Source: Phoronis australis
Lineage: Eukaryota > Animalia > Phoronida
Length of the DNA: 64,000 nucleotides
Direction of reading: 5' to 3'
NCBI GenBank assembly: GCA_002633005.1
Contig: NMRA01000013.1
Span: forward strand, 570,347 to 634,346
The position numbers and the translations under genes are program-made. Numbering within the stretch: position 1 is the stretch's first letter; each line of letters starts with the position of its first letter. Below, one piece after another: positions 11,862 through 23,544 of the stretch. A model generated the notes under the pieces. The model worked only from the letters and a program-made list of their open reading frames with translations. It did not search any database and was not told where the DNA came from.

Positions 11862-12603
11862 CATGTCGTGAACACATCCACTAAAACAAGAAACTGTAGG
11901 AACACCGCATTTATCCACCTTCACTCTTATCAGGCTTCTATTGTGAGTTAGCATGCGTGAATAATTGGCTGATAAGCCACCNNNNNNNNNNNNNNNNNNN
12001 NNNNNNNNNNNNNNNNNNNNNNNNNNNNNNNNNNNNNNNNNNNNNNNNNNNNNNNNNNNNNNNNNNNNNNNNNNNNNNNNNNNNNNNNNNNNNNNNNNNN
12101 NNNNNNNNNNNNNNNNNNNNNNNNNNNNNNNNNNNNNNNNNNNNNNNNNNNNNNNNNNNNNNNNNNNNNNNNNNNNNNNNNNNNNNNNNNNNNNNNNNNN
12201 NNNNNNNNNNNNNNNNNNNNNNNNNNNNNNNNNNNNNNNNNNNNNNNNNNNNNNNNNNNNNNNNNNNNNNNNNNNNNNNNNNNNNNNNNNNNNNNNNNNN
12301 NNNNNNNNNTTTTCGCTCCTCTTTTCAAATATTACAGTAAAAACTACGTAAAATTCTCTCCATAAAAAGTACAGTTGTTAGGCTAGACTGTAATCAGCTG
12401 ATCATATCCGCATGAGCGAAGTCAATTATCCTCGCTCGTGACTCGATGAATAGAGCAGCTTGGCGGCATCCCTTTGAGCATGAGCCGAGCGCGTCTCAGC
12501 CAAGGTGGATAAATACGGTCTAGTTCAATTTTCCATACCCCGCCGTTTACCTTAAACACCGGGGTTAGAACCAATTTTATTTAGTGGGAATGTTCACAGC
12601 ATG
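11862..12603 (-). mobile_element. Non-autonomous TIR element with CATG termini (possibly CMC/EnSpm-like), copy 1, containing an assembly gap
   Basis: Imperfect TIRs CATGTCGTGAACACATCCACTAAA / TTTAGTGGGAATGTTCACAGCATG and subterminal inverted CCGCATTTATCCACCTT / AAGGTGGATAAATACGG. Flanked by GTT...GTT. Both arms closely match an inverted copy at 19085-20455. Confidence 0.8.
11982..12309. other. Assembly gap (N run)
   Basis: 328 N bases. Confidence 1.
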
Positions 12604-13624
12604 GTTTGCAGCAGTATATGCGACTTTAATAAAGATATTACGCCTGGTATGTTGGTTTTATTTAGCAATACGGATTACTATCATGGTCAAATTGATCACT
12701 AAGGTAAATTGACTTCCATATGTTACGATTTTTGTGCGCTATTAGTTTGATTTTTCCAAAACGTGAAGATGTGTTGTGAATACGTAGCTAACTTTCCCAT
12801 AAAAACACAGGTGTCCACGCTCACAATATGAGCGCGGTTGCAGGAGCTCATAAAACCAGATGAAGAATCTATTAATTTTTTTTACAAAAATAGGACTTTT
12901 AGGAAATTAAAATTTTTCAGTCTGGATTCCTGAAATCTGACCTAATGTTTGTGTAAAAATAACGGCCTTCACACCCCTCAAAGGGCAAATCCCAATATGA
13001 AAATGCAGCTGAAGTCCGCGCAAACTTTTGGAATTAAGATAATGGGTGTTTCAGGATCTACTAATATCGAGATTTATTTTACAAATTTAAGTTTCACACA
13101 CGTTAAAAATTTCAGCACCACGGAATCACCTATTCTTAGGACCAGCTACAGCCGAACGTACAGCTTTTAATGAAACGGTCGACTGGGATCCATTCCTCAA
13201 TAATGTGAACGTTTTTGGGTAAAGTATCAAGTTAGTAGTCTTAAAAAGCCGCACAGCGAAACTCCTTTCAAAACGAGTGGGTGGAGCAGCTTCTCTTAAC
13301 TGAACAAATGAGCACAAGAGCACCTCTACTTCTCAGAGTTAATAATGCTTGCTCATAAATAGTTATTGACAAACCCAAAAGCATGGCCTCCACTACCATC
13401 ACCTATTCATTGTCACTGTTCTGTTACCTGGGATGGACATCCAAAAGTTTTTCTGCTTGGTTTTGGTAACCCATTGAGGCCTGGTAGATGATTGGCATGC
13501 ATGTTGTTAAATCAGACAAAAGCCTTTGCTGGGCAGTTAACCAACGAAGCAAAATGTTATCACACCTTCACAACTGCTAAAGTCATTGAACAGGAGAAAG
13601 CCCTATAATGAAGCCACTTGAGAA

Positions 13625-15652
13625 CAGGGACTCATCTAGGATTTGAAAATTGGGGGTCCAAATTCGTGAGACTGACGAGTCATGCAAACCACAAATCTGA
13701 GGTGCGCAGCGCTGATGGGAGGGTGGGGGTCGGAGGGTGGGGGGAGAAGGGTGGGGGGGAGAAGGGGGTATTCCCCCGCCTGGTGAGGAAAAAATTGTTA
13801 CATAAAAAAGGTCATTTCCTTGCATTTCATTTAGCACACTGTTTGCATGTCTTTTTCTTGTTCAAAGGACGGCACATATAGGGAAACTAAACAAAAATTA
13901 GGAGGTTTGTTCCATTCAGGATGTGTGTATTGTCACTAGACTGCAAAAATCAAGATCAGTAAATCTTTTTAGTAATATAATCTATGTAGAGTTTCATGTT
14001 TGACAGATAATCCACAGCATGAGTATAGGACTCAATGTATCTTGAAGCTCTCAAAAGAGAAGAGTACTACTTTAATGCAGTTGAGAAACCACTTCAAATT
14101 GTGAGAAGACAATGAAGTTGCATTCGAAAGGACATGAAGAAATATATTCTAGAGTACATGTCTACGTTTCATTACATCGCACAGTACTGTAATTCAGGAA
14201 TCTACAAAAAACAAGACCATATCCTCAACAACCTTCATAAATCAGTATCACCAGTGCTCAACACGGTCGAAAATCTCCGCTGGAAAATAGGAGTGACGGC
14301 GTACGTGCACTCGCGCATGTCATACCCGGACTTGGCTTCGTAAAGGATCGTGACCAAAAAAAATCGTCAAAACTCCGTGTTTGAATTTGGCATTCGTATT
14401 TTTACGTTTTTTTAAACGTTTTTCCGAGTGCTTTACTCGTAAATTTCACGTCATTTGGCTACGAGCGTCACCAGTGGTCGCCAGGGACATCGTAGTTGTT
14501 ACGTCTTCTGCAGTGCATTATACATTATAAGTGGACGCTTTGTTGAATTGAAACTTACCAGGTCGAAAGTCAATCACAGTCTTTCATAGTACGCTACAAC
14601 TCAGATAGATTTATATATCTGAGGCTACAAGAAATTTATTCTTAAAAAGAAACATTCTTTTCTTGCAGTTTAAGAGTCAAATCCCCGGCCTGGTTCACAG
14701 CCGAAGTAACAGGTGCTGTGCACGTGACTGGCTGACCTACTTTTTTCTATATACGGCACGCAGTGCCACACAGAGAGGATAAACTCGAATCGCCCAATAA
14801 TCATGGAATTCCACAATAAGTTAAAGTATTTCGAGACATTTATTTTCATGCTAAGTTAGTCATTGAATACGTAACCAACAGTACACACCACATTTTTTTT
14901 CTCTCGTAAAGTTTGTACTGCATTCTCGTGCATCCGGATCTAAGTCCTTCGGCCGTGCGGATTTTTTGTTGTTTTTTTCATTCATTCGTTCGAGTTGCAA
15001 CGAAGCTATGCGAACAAATTAAGGAAGTTTGCGCTAAGTTTTATCTGGTTTGAATGTTCAACGACATTGATGGCATTTGTACGGCAAGTCAGTGCGGGTA
15101 TCATTTTTTTCGAAGTGTACGTTCTCGGCTATTTCAAATTGGCTGCTCCGCCGAATATATCGAGTGTCGCTTCAACTTCCGCTTCGGCAACTAGCATTAG
15201 GGCTACGGCAAATGCTTTGAACTTCGGTGTGGGTTCTTCAATTTCAAAGATTAAGTGTCCATGTACGGGTAGTTAGCGCTGAAATGCAATATTTCTCGAC
15301 ACTAGTCATGCGAGGGATTCCATATGAAGACACCTTTACGTCACAGAATACGAAGGTATTCCCCAAAGATGGCTGCCAGTATTTGCCGATCGTCATTGTG
15401 ACATTTATAGTAAAAATAGACGGCAAAAGTTTCTAATGTCGAGTTATTTCTTAATATTTAGCGAACTTAAACAATGACTTGTAGGTTTCACTAAAATTTA
15501 TTTATAATAAATGTTAAAATTTTTCGTTTAGCCTTCATTTTCGCCAAGGTTGTTTTGGAACAGGCCGTCTTTTTTCCATCTTGGCCGTGCCGTCCAAAGC
15601 CGTCATTTTTTTAAAAGGGCCGTCCCAAGGACGGCTGCTAGTTGAGTCTCTG
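13625..15652. mobile_element. Non-autonomous hAT-type element, apparently composite (2028 bp)
   Basis: TIRs CAGGGACTCATCTAG / CTAGTTGAGTCTCTG (13/15 match) and a perfect 8-bp TSD CTTGAGAA at 13617-13624 and 15653-15660. A second hAT-like end, CAGTGCTCAACAC, lies inside at 14252. Confidence 0.85.
14600..14623. mobile_element. 24-bp hairpin insertion flanked by a 7-bp direct repeat
   Basis: GCTACAA-CTCAGATAGATTTATATATCTGAG-GCTACAA with perfect 8-bp arms. The paralogous segment near 43868 has a single actacaa and no hairpin. Confidence 0.75.
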
Positions 15653-16534
15653 CTTGAGAATAAGGAAATGTCAGTTCTTTCAAAGCCTTGAAATCACCTC
15701 TAATTTGCCTTAGGAACCATTTAGAACAACTGTAAATCAAAACTTGTCTTTTATGATGGAAGGTGGGTTTATAACCACTTTAAGATTTTCATTCCTCTAG
15801 TAGAGATTGAACATGCTCACATGTGTACCAAAGTTGTTAGTTAATGATTGCTAAAACAAACCATGCAACATTTAGTGCCAAGCCTTCTCCTGAGATGAGT
15901 GACCCAAGTTTTGCTCCCTGTGGTAGGGAATGATCAGCGAGAAACAGTTAATATGGGTCTCAGATGTCCAAGTTGGTTGTGGCAGTCTACTGTTTCACAG
16001 ACAGGTCTCATTGGTTTTTGCATTTGTCTAAAGGAAATACACCTTTTAACAACTTCAAATGAAAAAAATGTGTCTATGAGAGGAGTCACGGAATTAGCAC
16101 AATGCATTCTGGTACTAAACTGCTTTGTGGAGAAACTTGACATCCCAGATATTTACTTTGTGTAATTGAAAGGCACAACACCATGATCCAGATAGAAATA
16201 GTGGAGCTCAAAGCAGCTCTTTTGGCCTCAGGAGAAAGCGTGGCTATGAATGAACACAACGTTTTCTGCATTTATTTTTGTTGAGAAATTTCACAAAATC
16301 TAACTCTACATAAAAAAGTGCAGGCTGTCTGACGTCGTTTGTTGTACATGAGACATGTACAGGCTACAGCTGGTTCAGGGCCCATTGTATGAAACAACTG
16401 AGCTAAATCATGCACAAAAGCCCTGTCATTGGTGAACAGGTTCTCCGTGAAAGAAGTTTCCAAGTGAACCTGTCACATTTACGAAAATGGACAGATGGAC
16501 AGACTTTATTTGTCACCATGCCTATTTGCACATA

Positions 16535-17895
16535 AAGTATTCGCCGTAATAACAGCCCAGGGTGCTTAGAAAAGTTCGGTTCAGGGGGGCGCTTATTATA
16601 ACCCAAGGCGGTTGAAACCCGGTCTCCGAAACGAGTGAAATCGGAAGCTAAGATTCATCAAATTTACACTCTGTGACTTATCTGTAATCTATGAAAGACT
16701 TTCAACAAAACTGTGGTGCATTGCTACCAAACTTTACTGCTAAGTTACGATCATTTTACAGAAAATTGTGCTGAAATCCCAGGGTGAAAACTCGCCGACT
16801 GACTGCCTCGAAAGCGCCGTCTTCGATATGGCAACTTCAATGCTTGAATAAAAATAGTTTCGACGCAAGCAAGGTAACCTGAAATCTTCATTAAGTTTTC
16901 TAAGTAGCGTCCCTAAGATATTTTTTAAGTTTCCGTGGAGTCTGGATTAACGGCAGGGTTAAGTACAAATCTGTGCAACATCGTGCCATCTACATGCATG
17001 ATCGGCAACATGGCGAGAAAAATGTCTGGACGAACACATTCATTTGCCAAAGCACTCCTTTGGCCAGAGCCACGCAATTTAACGAGCTAGATGTGCATTA
17101 ATTGTGTCTAAAGAAATTTTCACAAGCAGTAGGCCTAAACCAGAGTGTGTTTCATTCAGCACTTGTTGGTCTTATGTGTTAAAAACGTTTGACATTTGTC
17201 TCGGTAAGGCCCATATTCGTCGCCGTGTAGCTGGATGCATACGTAACTATCAGACAGTTATAACTTTTCGGTGTCAATAAAGGGTGTGTAAGAATTCACT
17301 GTCAGTTGTCATTTTATCGGATTTTCGGCTTAAAAACACCAATTATGGTTAATCAAACAATCCATCTCTAAAATAACGCAAACATGATTTATATTATTAG
17401 AAATTGTCGGAAATTAGTGCCAATATTCATTTCTTACCGATGCTATGCTACCCGTTTCATGAATGGATAGTTCCAGACTAATGTCTTTAATGACAGGTTC
17501 ATATATGTAGCACGCGGCCAGGAAGCACGCGTGTTTAACACCGAGTTATTTTTATTCATGAGACAGTCGATGTGTCTGAATTGAAAGGTCAAACCATAGT
17601 GGGACACGGTAGCCGCGAGAGTAGCAACGCTGTTGCGTTCTTTTTGAAGTGCTGCGTTACTTTGAAGTGTATAGTCACAGCTAAATACAAACGCAGCAGT
17701 GCCGCTGGTGGTCTAGAAGACCCGAGCAAAAATTTTTTTGATAAATTGAGGACGTTACTGTACCCGAGTCTTAGGACTGTAGGTAAGTCATTGTTCGCAT
17801 GTACACGTTCATGGACTGGGCGTTTATTTCAGCAAAGTCTGAAAACGCGTGGGGGGCGCTTATAGGGGCATGGGTGGTTATTACAGCGAATACGG
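16535..17895 (-). mobile_element. Tc2/pogo-like non-autonomous element, family B, long copy (1361 bp)
   Basis: TA|aaGTATTCGCCGTAATAACAGCCC ... GGGTGGTTATTACAGCGAATACGG|TA, with the left terminal CC mutated. 16535-17040 and 17835-17895 align in reverse to the 9714-10256 MITE. Confidence 0.85.
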
Positions 17896-19084
17896 TAATA
17901 ATGGCATCCAAGGGCCCCTAAAAGCTAGACAAGACTGATCAGGTTTTAGGGTTCAATTGCTTAATATCTGCTAAACTGCGGGGGGGGAGAGGGGTGCGTT
18001 TACCAAAAATTTACAAGGTTGAGATCAGCAAGTGACTTAGTGAAACACTTCAGAAAACATTATAGCAGCATGGTTAAACCAAATATTCTTCACTAAGGAA
18101 AAATACAAGAAAGAGCCATATCTTCCACACTACTATACAAATGTTCAACATTTTACCAAATATTTGGTAACAGTTTGACCATGTAAATCCTGCAAAGTAA
18201 ACTTTACTTAAAAGCTATTTATGTTAAGAAATTTGACAAAATGATTTTTCACTTGTCCGCCAATTGTTATATCAAAACAATTTTCACTACAAATTTAAAT
18301 CACGCACATTTACCACAATTTTAGACGCAAAAACGTTAACGGTACACGCTATCAGAACTTATTAAATACAACCATGACACTGACAGAAATGCCTCAACAC
18401 TGCCAGGTTCCTTAATTGAGTACTTCTAGTGGACTGATTTAATGTTACCTTAAATCGAGTTTGTGCAAACATACCACTCACTAACTTGTGATATTTTCAA
18501 GGTCACAAGGTAATGCTGGCAGTGTTGACAAACATGCAAACTAAACATTAGTCAATCATAAGAATGCGTTTCCATAGTTTCCAACATTCCAAAATGAAAA
18601 AGTCGACACTAACACTAAGCAGAATCATCTTGAATGCTACAACTCGGGAGTTGTCCATCAGTTTTCAAAGGAAAATGTTAGCAAGATGCCTATAAAAATC
18701 GCATGTTGGCGTTTCTGTGTCTGTGAATAGAATGGAAGAGAAAATGGAACATGACGTGAGTATTTGAATATTATGACATACAGGGCTCAATTTGGCAGCC
18801 TGCGTCTGGCCGTTAATGCTGGCAACCCCAATTTTTGTTGGCGACTAGGTAGGAATCCCAAATTGCCACACATACATTCGAGCACGCACTCAAACTGCTA
18901 AGGAAGTAGACAGCAGAATGTTCAACAAAATCCGGAAGGGCTCATTGACGACTTTACACACAAACCACATTGATCGACTCCTCAATTTTCCCTTCAAATA
19001 AGAAGCAGGTCTGCATGGGATATTGGGCCTTGATGGGGTGATACCAAGTTCACAACCTGTGACTAAGAAAGTTGCCCAGTCCAT

Positions 19085-20455
19085 CATGCTATGAACATTC
19101 CCACTAAATAAGATTGGTCCTAACCCCAGAGGTTAAGGTAAACGGCGGGGTATGGAAAATTGAAGTAGGCCGTATTTATCCACCTTGGCTGAGTCGCACT
19201 CGGCTCACGATCAAAGGGATGCCGCCAAGCTGCTCTAGTCATCGAGTCACGAGCGAGGATAATTGGCTTCGCTCATGCGGATATGATCAGCTGATTACAA
19301 TCTAGCTAGCAGACTGTACTTTTTATGGAGAGAGTTTTACGTAGTTTTTACTGTAATATTTGAAAAGAGGAGCGAAAACAAATATGAGTACAACTTTGAA
19401 TTTTTCAAATCGGCCCAGGATAAGAGATTTTGCAACACAGCAACACNNNNNNNNNNNNNNNNNNNNNNNNNNNNNNNNNNNNNNNNNNNNNNNNNNNNNN
19501 NNNNNNNNNNNNNNNNNNNNNNNNNNNNNNNNNNNNNNNNNNNNNNNNNNNNNNNNNNNNNNNNNNNNNNNNNNNNNNNNNNNNNNNNNNNNNNNNNNNN
19601 NNNNNNNNNNNNNNNNNNNNNNNNNNNNNNNNNNNNNNNNNNNNNNNNNNNNNNNNNNNNNNNNNNNNNNNNNNNNNNNNNNNNNNNNNNNNNNNNNNNN
19701 NNNNNNNNNNNNNNNNNNNNNNNNNNNNNNNNNNNNNNNNNNNNNNNNNNNNNNNNNNNNNNNNNNNNNNNNNNNNNNNNNNNNNNNNNNNNNNNNNNNN
19801 NNNNNNNNNNNNNNNNNNNNNNNNNNNNNNNNNNNNNNNNNNNNNNNNNNNNNNNNNNNNNNNNNNNNNNNNNNNNNNNNNNNNNNNNNNNNNNNNNNNN
19901 NNNNNNNNNNNNNNNNNNNNNNNNNNNNNNNNNNNNNNNNNNNNNNNNNNNNNNNNNNNNNNNNNNNNNNNNNNNNNNNNNNNNNNNNNNNNNNNNNNNN
20001 NNNNNNNNNNNNNNNNNNNNNNNNNNNNNNNNNNNNNNNNNNNNNNNNNNNNNNNNNNNNNNNNNNNNNNNNNNNNNNNNNNNNNNNNNNNNNNNNNNNN
20101 NNNNNNNNNNNNNNNNNNNNNNNNNNNNNNNNNNNNNNNNNNNNNNNNNNNNNNNNNNNNNNNNNNNNNCCCGTGAAATGAATTTTTCTAAGCGTTTGTT
20201 TGAGCCAATACAGTATACAGCTTTCCACCAAGGCTAGGTGATGCAAGACATTATTCTTTGTTGCATTATAGTAACTGGTCTTGGCTAATTATCATTTTAT
20301 GGCCTGGTCATCCATTCAGCCAAAATAGTTCCAGAGGTGGCTTATCAGCCAATTATTCACGCATGCTGACTCACAATAGAAGCCTGATAAGAGTGAAGGT
20401 GGATAAATGCGGTGTTCCTACAGTTTCTTGTTTTAGAGGATGTGTTCACGACATG
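19085..20455 (+). mobile_element. CATG-ended TIR element, copy 2 (inverted relative to 11862-12603), containing an assembly gap
   Basis: Ends CATGCTATGAACATTCCCACTAAA ... TTTAGAGGATGTGTTCACGACATG, flanked by AT...AT. 19085-19378 is the reverse complement of 12310-12603, and 20336-20455 of 11862-11981. Confidence 0.8.
19447..20169. other. Assembly gap (N run)
   Basis: 723 N bases. Confidence 1.
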
Positions 20456-22211
20456 ATCTATAAACGAACATTTCGCCAGTTCATCTGTTATCCTCAATTA
20501 CTAACATTTCCTTTTCTCCCTGATGCCAACTATACATCAATTCCGCAGGCGAGGACTGTCACACTGTCGGGGTTCTCTCGTTTTGGGGACCTAGCTCATT
20601 TCCCAATTGGTGAAATGCGAATTTTGACATGTCCCAATTGGTCACCTGATATTGTGCTAAACGTGGAGCCCAGAAACGTGTAAAAAAATGGGACATTCCG
20701 TACGTTGTCGCAGGACAAAAAACAGGATGATCCTGTCAAAACCGGAACTGGCAACTATGCGGTGCCTAATATTCGCTAAAGCGCAATATGACAGCTCACC
20801 GAGACTGTAATTGACACCAAGGTCCTTCCCACTTAATCTACCGTTTGGTGTTTCAAAGCATCTGAGCCAGTGGGAACGCTGAAGTTCAAGTTTACTTTGC
20901 AGTAAATATATGCATTTAACAGTGAAGCATTGATATGTTGCTTCAATGGAAACACTCAATTTTGATGTCCATCAAAGTCTTTGGCAGGTCAGTCACTGTG
21001 GTGACTGTGGTGAAGTTTGTTACCATTTCATAAATATGGTTTCACCTAGCGATACCTCCAATGTCTGTTAACTTCTGAGTTAATGACAAACCTTATGTTA
21101 ACTTTTACCCAGATTAAAATGCTTTGCTATCACCAGATTCAACTTGGTGGGAAAAAATACCAACTGTTACTGTGTAGCAAAAGTGGTACAAGAGAAAGTC
21201 TTCAAAACAGAACTTTAAATTATAGACTGCATAATACAAATGTCAGTTTGAATTACACACAAGATTACGCTAACGAGCATAATTCAGAGGAATATCCATG
21301 AGAGAACAACAACAAAGGACAAAGGGTTGTAACAGTCAGATAAATGTCTGCGTTATCTAACAAGCTAAGTGAACATGTTTGTTGGAGGTCATATGGGGTT
21401 ACATCACATGACATTGTTTCCTTGGAAACATTTGATAAACTTGCAGCCCATAGTACAAGACTGGGAATTTGGCAACATCTGATGATACAAAACATTTCTA
21501 TGCACTTGGAAGAGGACTCTGGGTTAAATTTAGTCTGCATCTGTTTGCACTGACATTGAATAAATCAGGAGACAGACTGTGAATGGGTGAGTTAATTAAT
21601 CAGCTGAAAGTCTAGTGTTTAAGTCCAGGCAATATCATACTGGCAGATCACGTTTTTGCCCAGGCCATGATTCAAATGCAAACACATGTCCTAGGATTCA
21701 ATTAATGAGTGCTGAAATTTGGACGCATCTATTGTTAGCCAACCTGTAACATCATCCCTCCATAAAGGTAAGAAGTTGGCAAAGGAAAAATTAAGTTTAG
21801 TTTAAGACGTGGTTAAAACTTGGCAGTTTTCCTAAATAAGCACATTTTCTTGGAAGCCGGAACGCAAAAAAACACACTAAATTACATTATTCTGAGTGAT
21901 TCCTCGTCACTGAAACAGAATTCAACATGTTCACCTGCAGGGATTTTGTTACTGTTTGTACGTAAAAATTTTGAGTTTCTGATGATGGCGAAGTATTTTT
22001 CTTTTAGTTTCAAATTTAAAAAAATATGTCACCTGCTCGTCACTTTGTTGTTTTTCACCTGCAAGGCAAAAGTTTCCTTATTTGGTAACGGCAAGAGTCA
22101 GACAAAGCACATTCCCTTCTATGGAAAATATGACCTTTGACCTTTAAGAAAACAATGGTGACTTCAATCAACAGCAAGTCAATTAAGAGGCAATTGATGC
22201 AAGTTCCAACT

Positions 22212-22774
22212 CTCGCTGGTTCCCTGCATGCTTAGCCCAGCCAGCACGCAGGTATCACCTAGTGGCACGTGCTTTAGCATTGGTCGATGTAATCTTGGCA
22301 GTCATTGGTTAGCTTTACAACACCGTGAAAAAATGGCGGACTGTGAACGATTTTTAGCCTTGTCGTTTCTGAAGTGATGTTTAATAGCCGCGTGCTTGAA
22401 GCACATACATGCACAATAAACACATATTATGTGGCCGATTTAACCGGTGTGTTATTCATACTGTATAAGGACACTATCGTAAACAAAAGTCATCGACAGT
22501 AGAAAGATGTATTCCGAAAAGGCTCAATATTACAATTTCTAGGCTTCACATTTCCTGAACATAATTTTAAGCACCGATTTGTCTGTACAACAGACCACAT
22601 TTACACTTCAGTCCATCAGTCATGCCAGTTTGTTTGCGCAAAGCGCTGCCTGTTGAGAATTCGACTAGCCAATCAGAAACGCCGGTGTAAAAAAATTTAC
22701 AGAGGAAATTTAAGTGATACCTGCGTGCTGGCGCGGCTACCGCCCCATCTAGCGGCACGCAGGGAACCAGCGAG
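22212..22774. mobile_element. 563-bp MITE with a 9-bp TSD (Mutator/MULE-like by TSD length)
   Basis: TIRs CTCGCTGGTTCCCTGCATGC / GCACGCAGGGAACCAGCGAG. A second inverted pair is CCAGCACGCAGGTATCAC (22241) / GTGATACCTGCGTGCTGG (22714). Perfect direct repeat GTTCCAACT at 22203-22211 and 22775-22783. Confidence 0.88.
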
Positions 22775-23544
22775 GTTCCAACTGTCTAAAATTAGTTACA
22801 AAGGTATCATAATATTCAAATTTATTCTAAAATGCACTTGGAATTCTTTTTAGGAAATAGCTTGCCTCATACTGGGCTGTCAACCTTCAGAATTGGAAGT
22901 GCAACCACACATGAAAATCAGCCATTATTATCCATCTTGCCAGTCAGCTGTTCATCCATGACTGTGACTGCAGACACAAAATATTTATGTTGGCTACTTA
23001 ATACATTTAAGTTAGCATTATTGTGCTTAATCAATTCTAGTTTTAAACCTTAAAACATACCTATCAAATTTTAAAATGACCCGGGATTATTTCATTTGAT
23101 ATCCTCATTAAGACTGCACAAGAAGACACCAATGGAGTCAGCAGGAAGTGGTAGACTATTCCATTTTTCAATAAAGTAATTAGTCAAAATGTATTTGAAA
23201 GGAGTGGATGGCAACAGAGACTTGATCCATTTCAGTAACTGACCCTGTCTGTGTATCAATACTTGTTGTTACGCCTTCTAAGCAAGGAGGCCACTGCACT
23301 GTTTTTGCTTCTCAGGATTGTGTTTCAGTAAACCCCAGTTTAAATCCATCAGTTTTTCATCAACATATGCTGTTACTTGTTATCATAGAAATGTTATATA
23401 ATCTACTCATGTGAACTATAACTTTCTAAGTCTTAACAGCTTTAACTCCTGGGTGGAGATTTCTCAACTCGTGGCCATTATTTTCACCTCAGAATCGGAG
23501 AGGTCTACGTTGTGCTATCACGCCAAACCTTTCGTAAGGTTAAA

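Noticed and set aside
11948-12351. Long ORFs in the track, also 19323-20246
   Set aside because: Artefacts of translating N runs.
14252-15652. Stand-alone hAT element starting at CAGTGCTCAAC
   Set aside because: Its flanks (AGTATCAC / CTTGAGAA) do not match. The TSD pairs with the end at 13625 instead.
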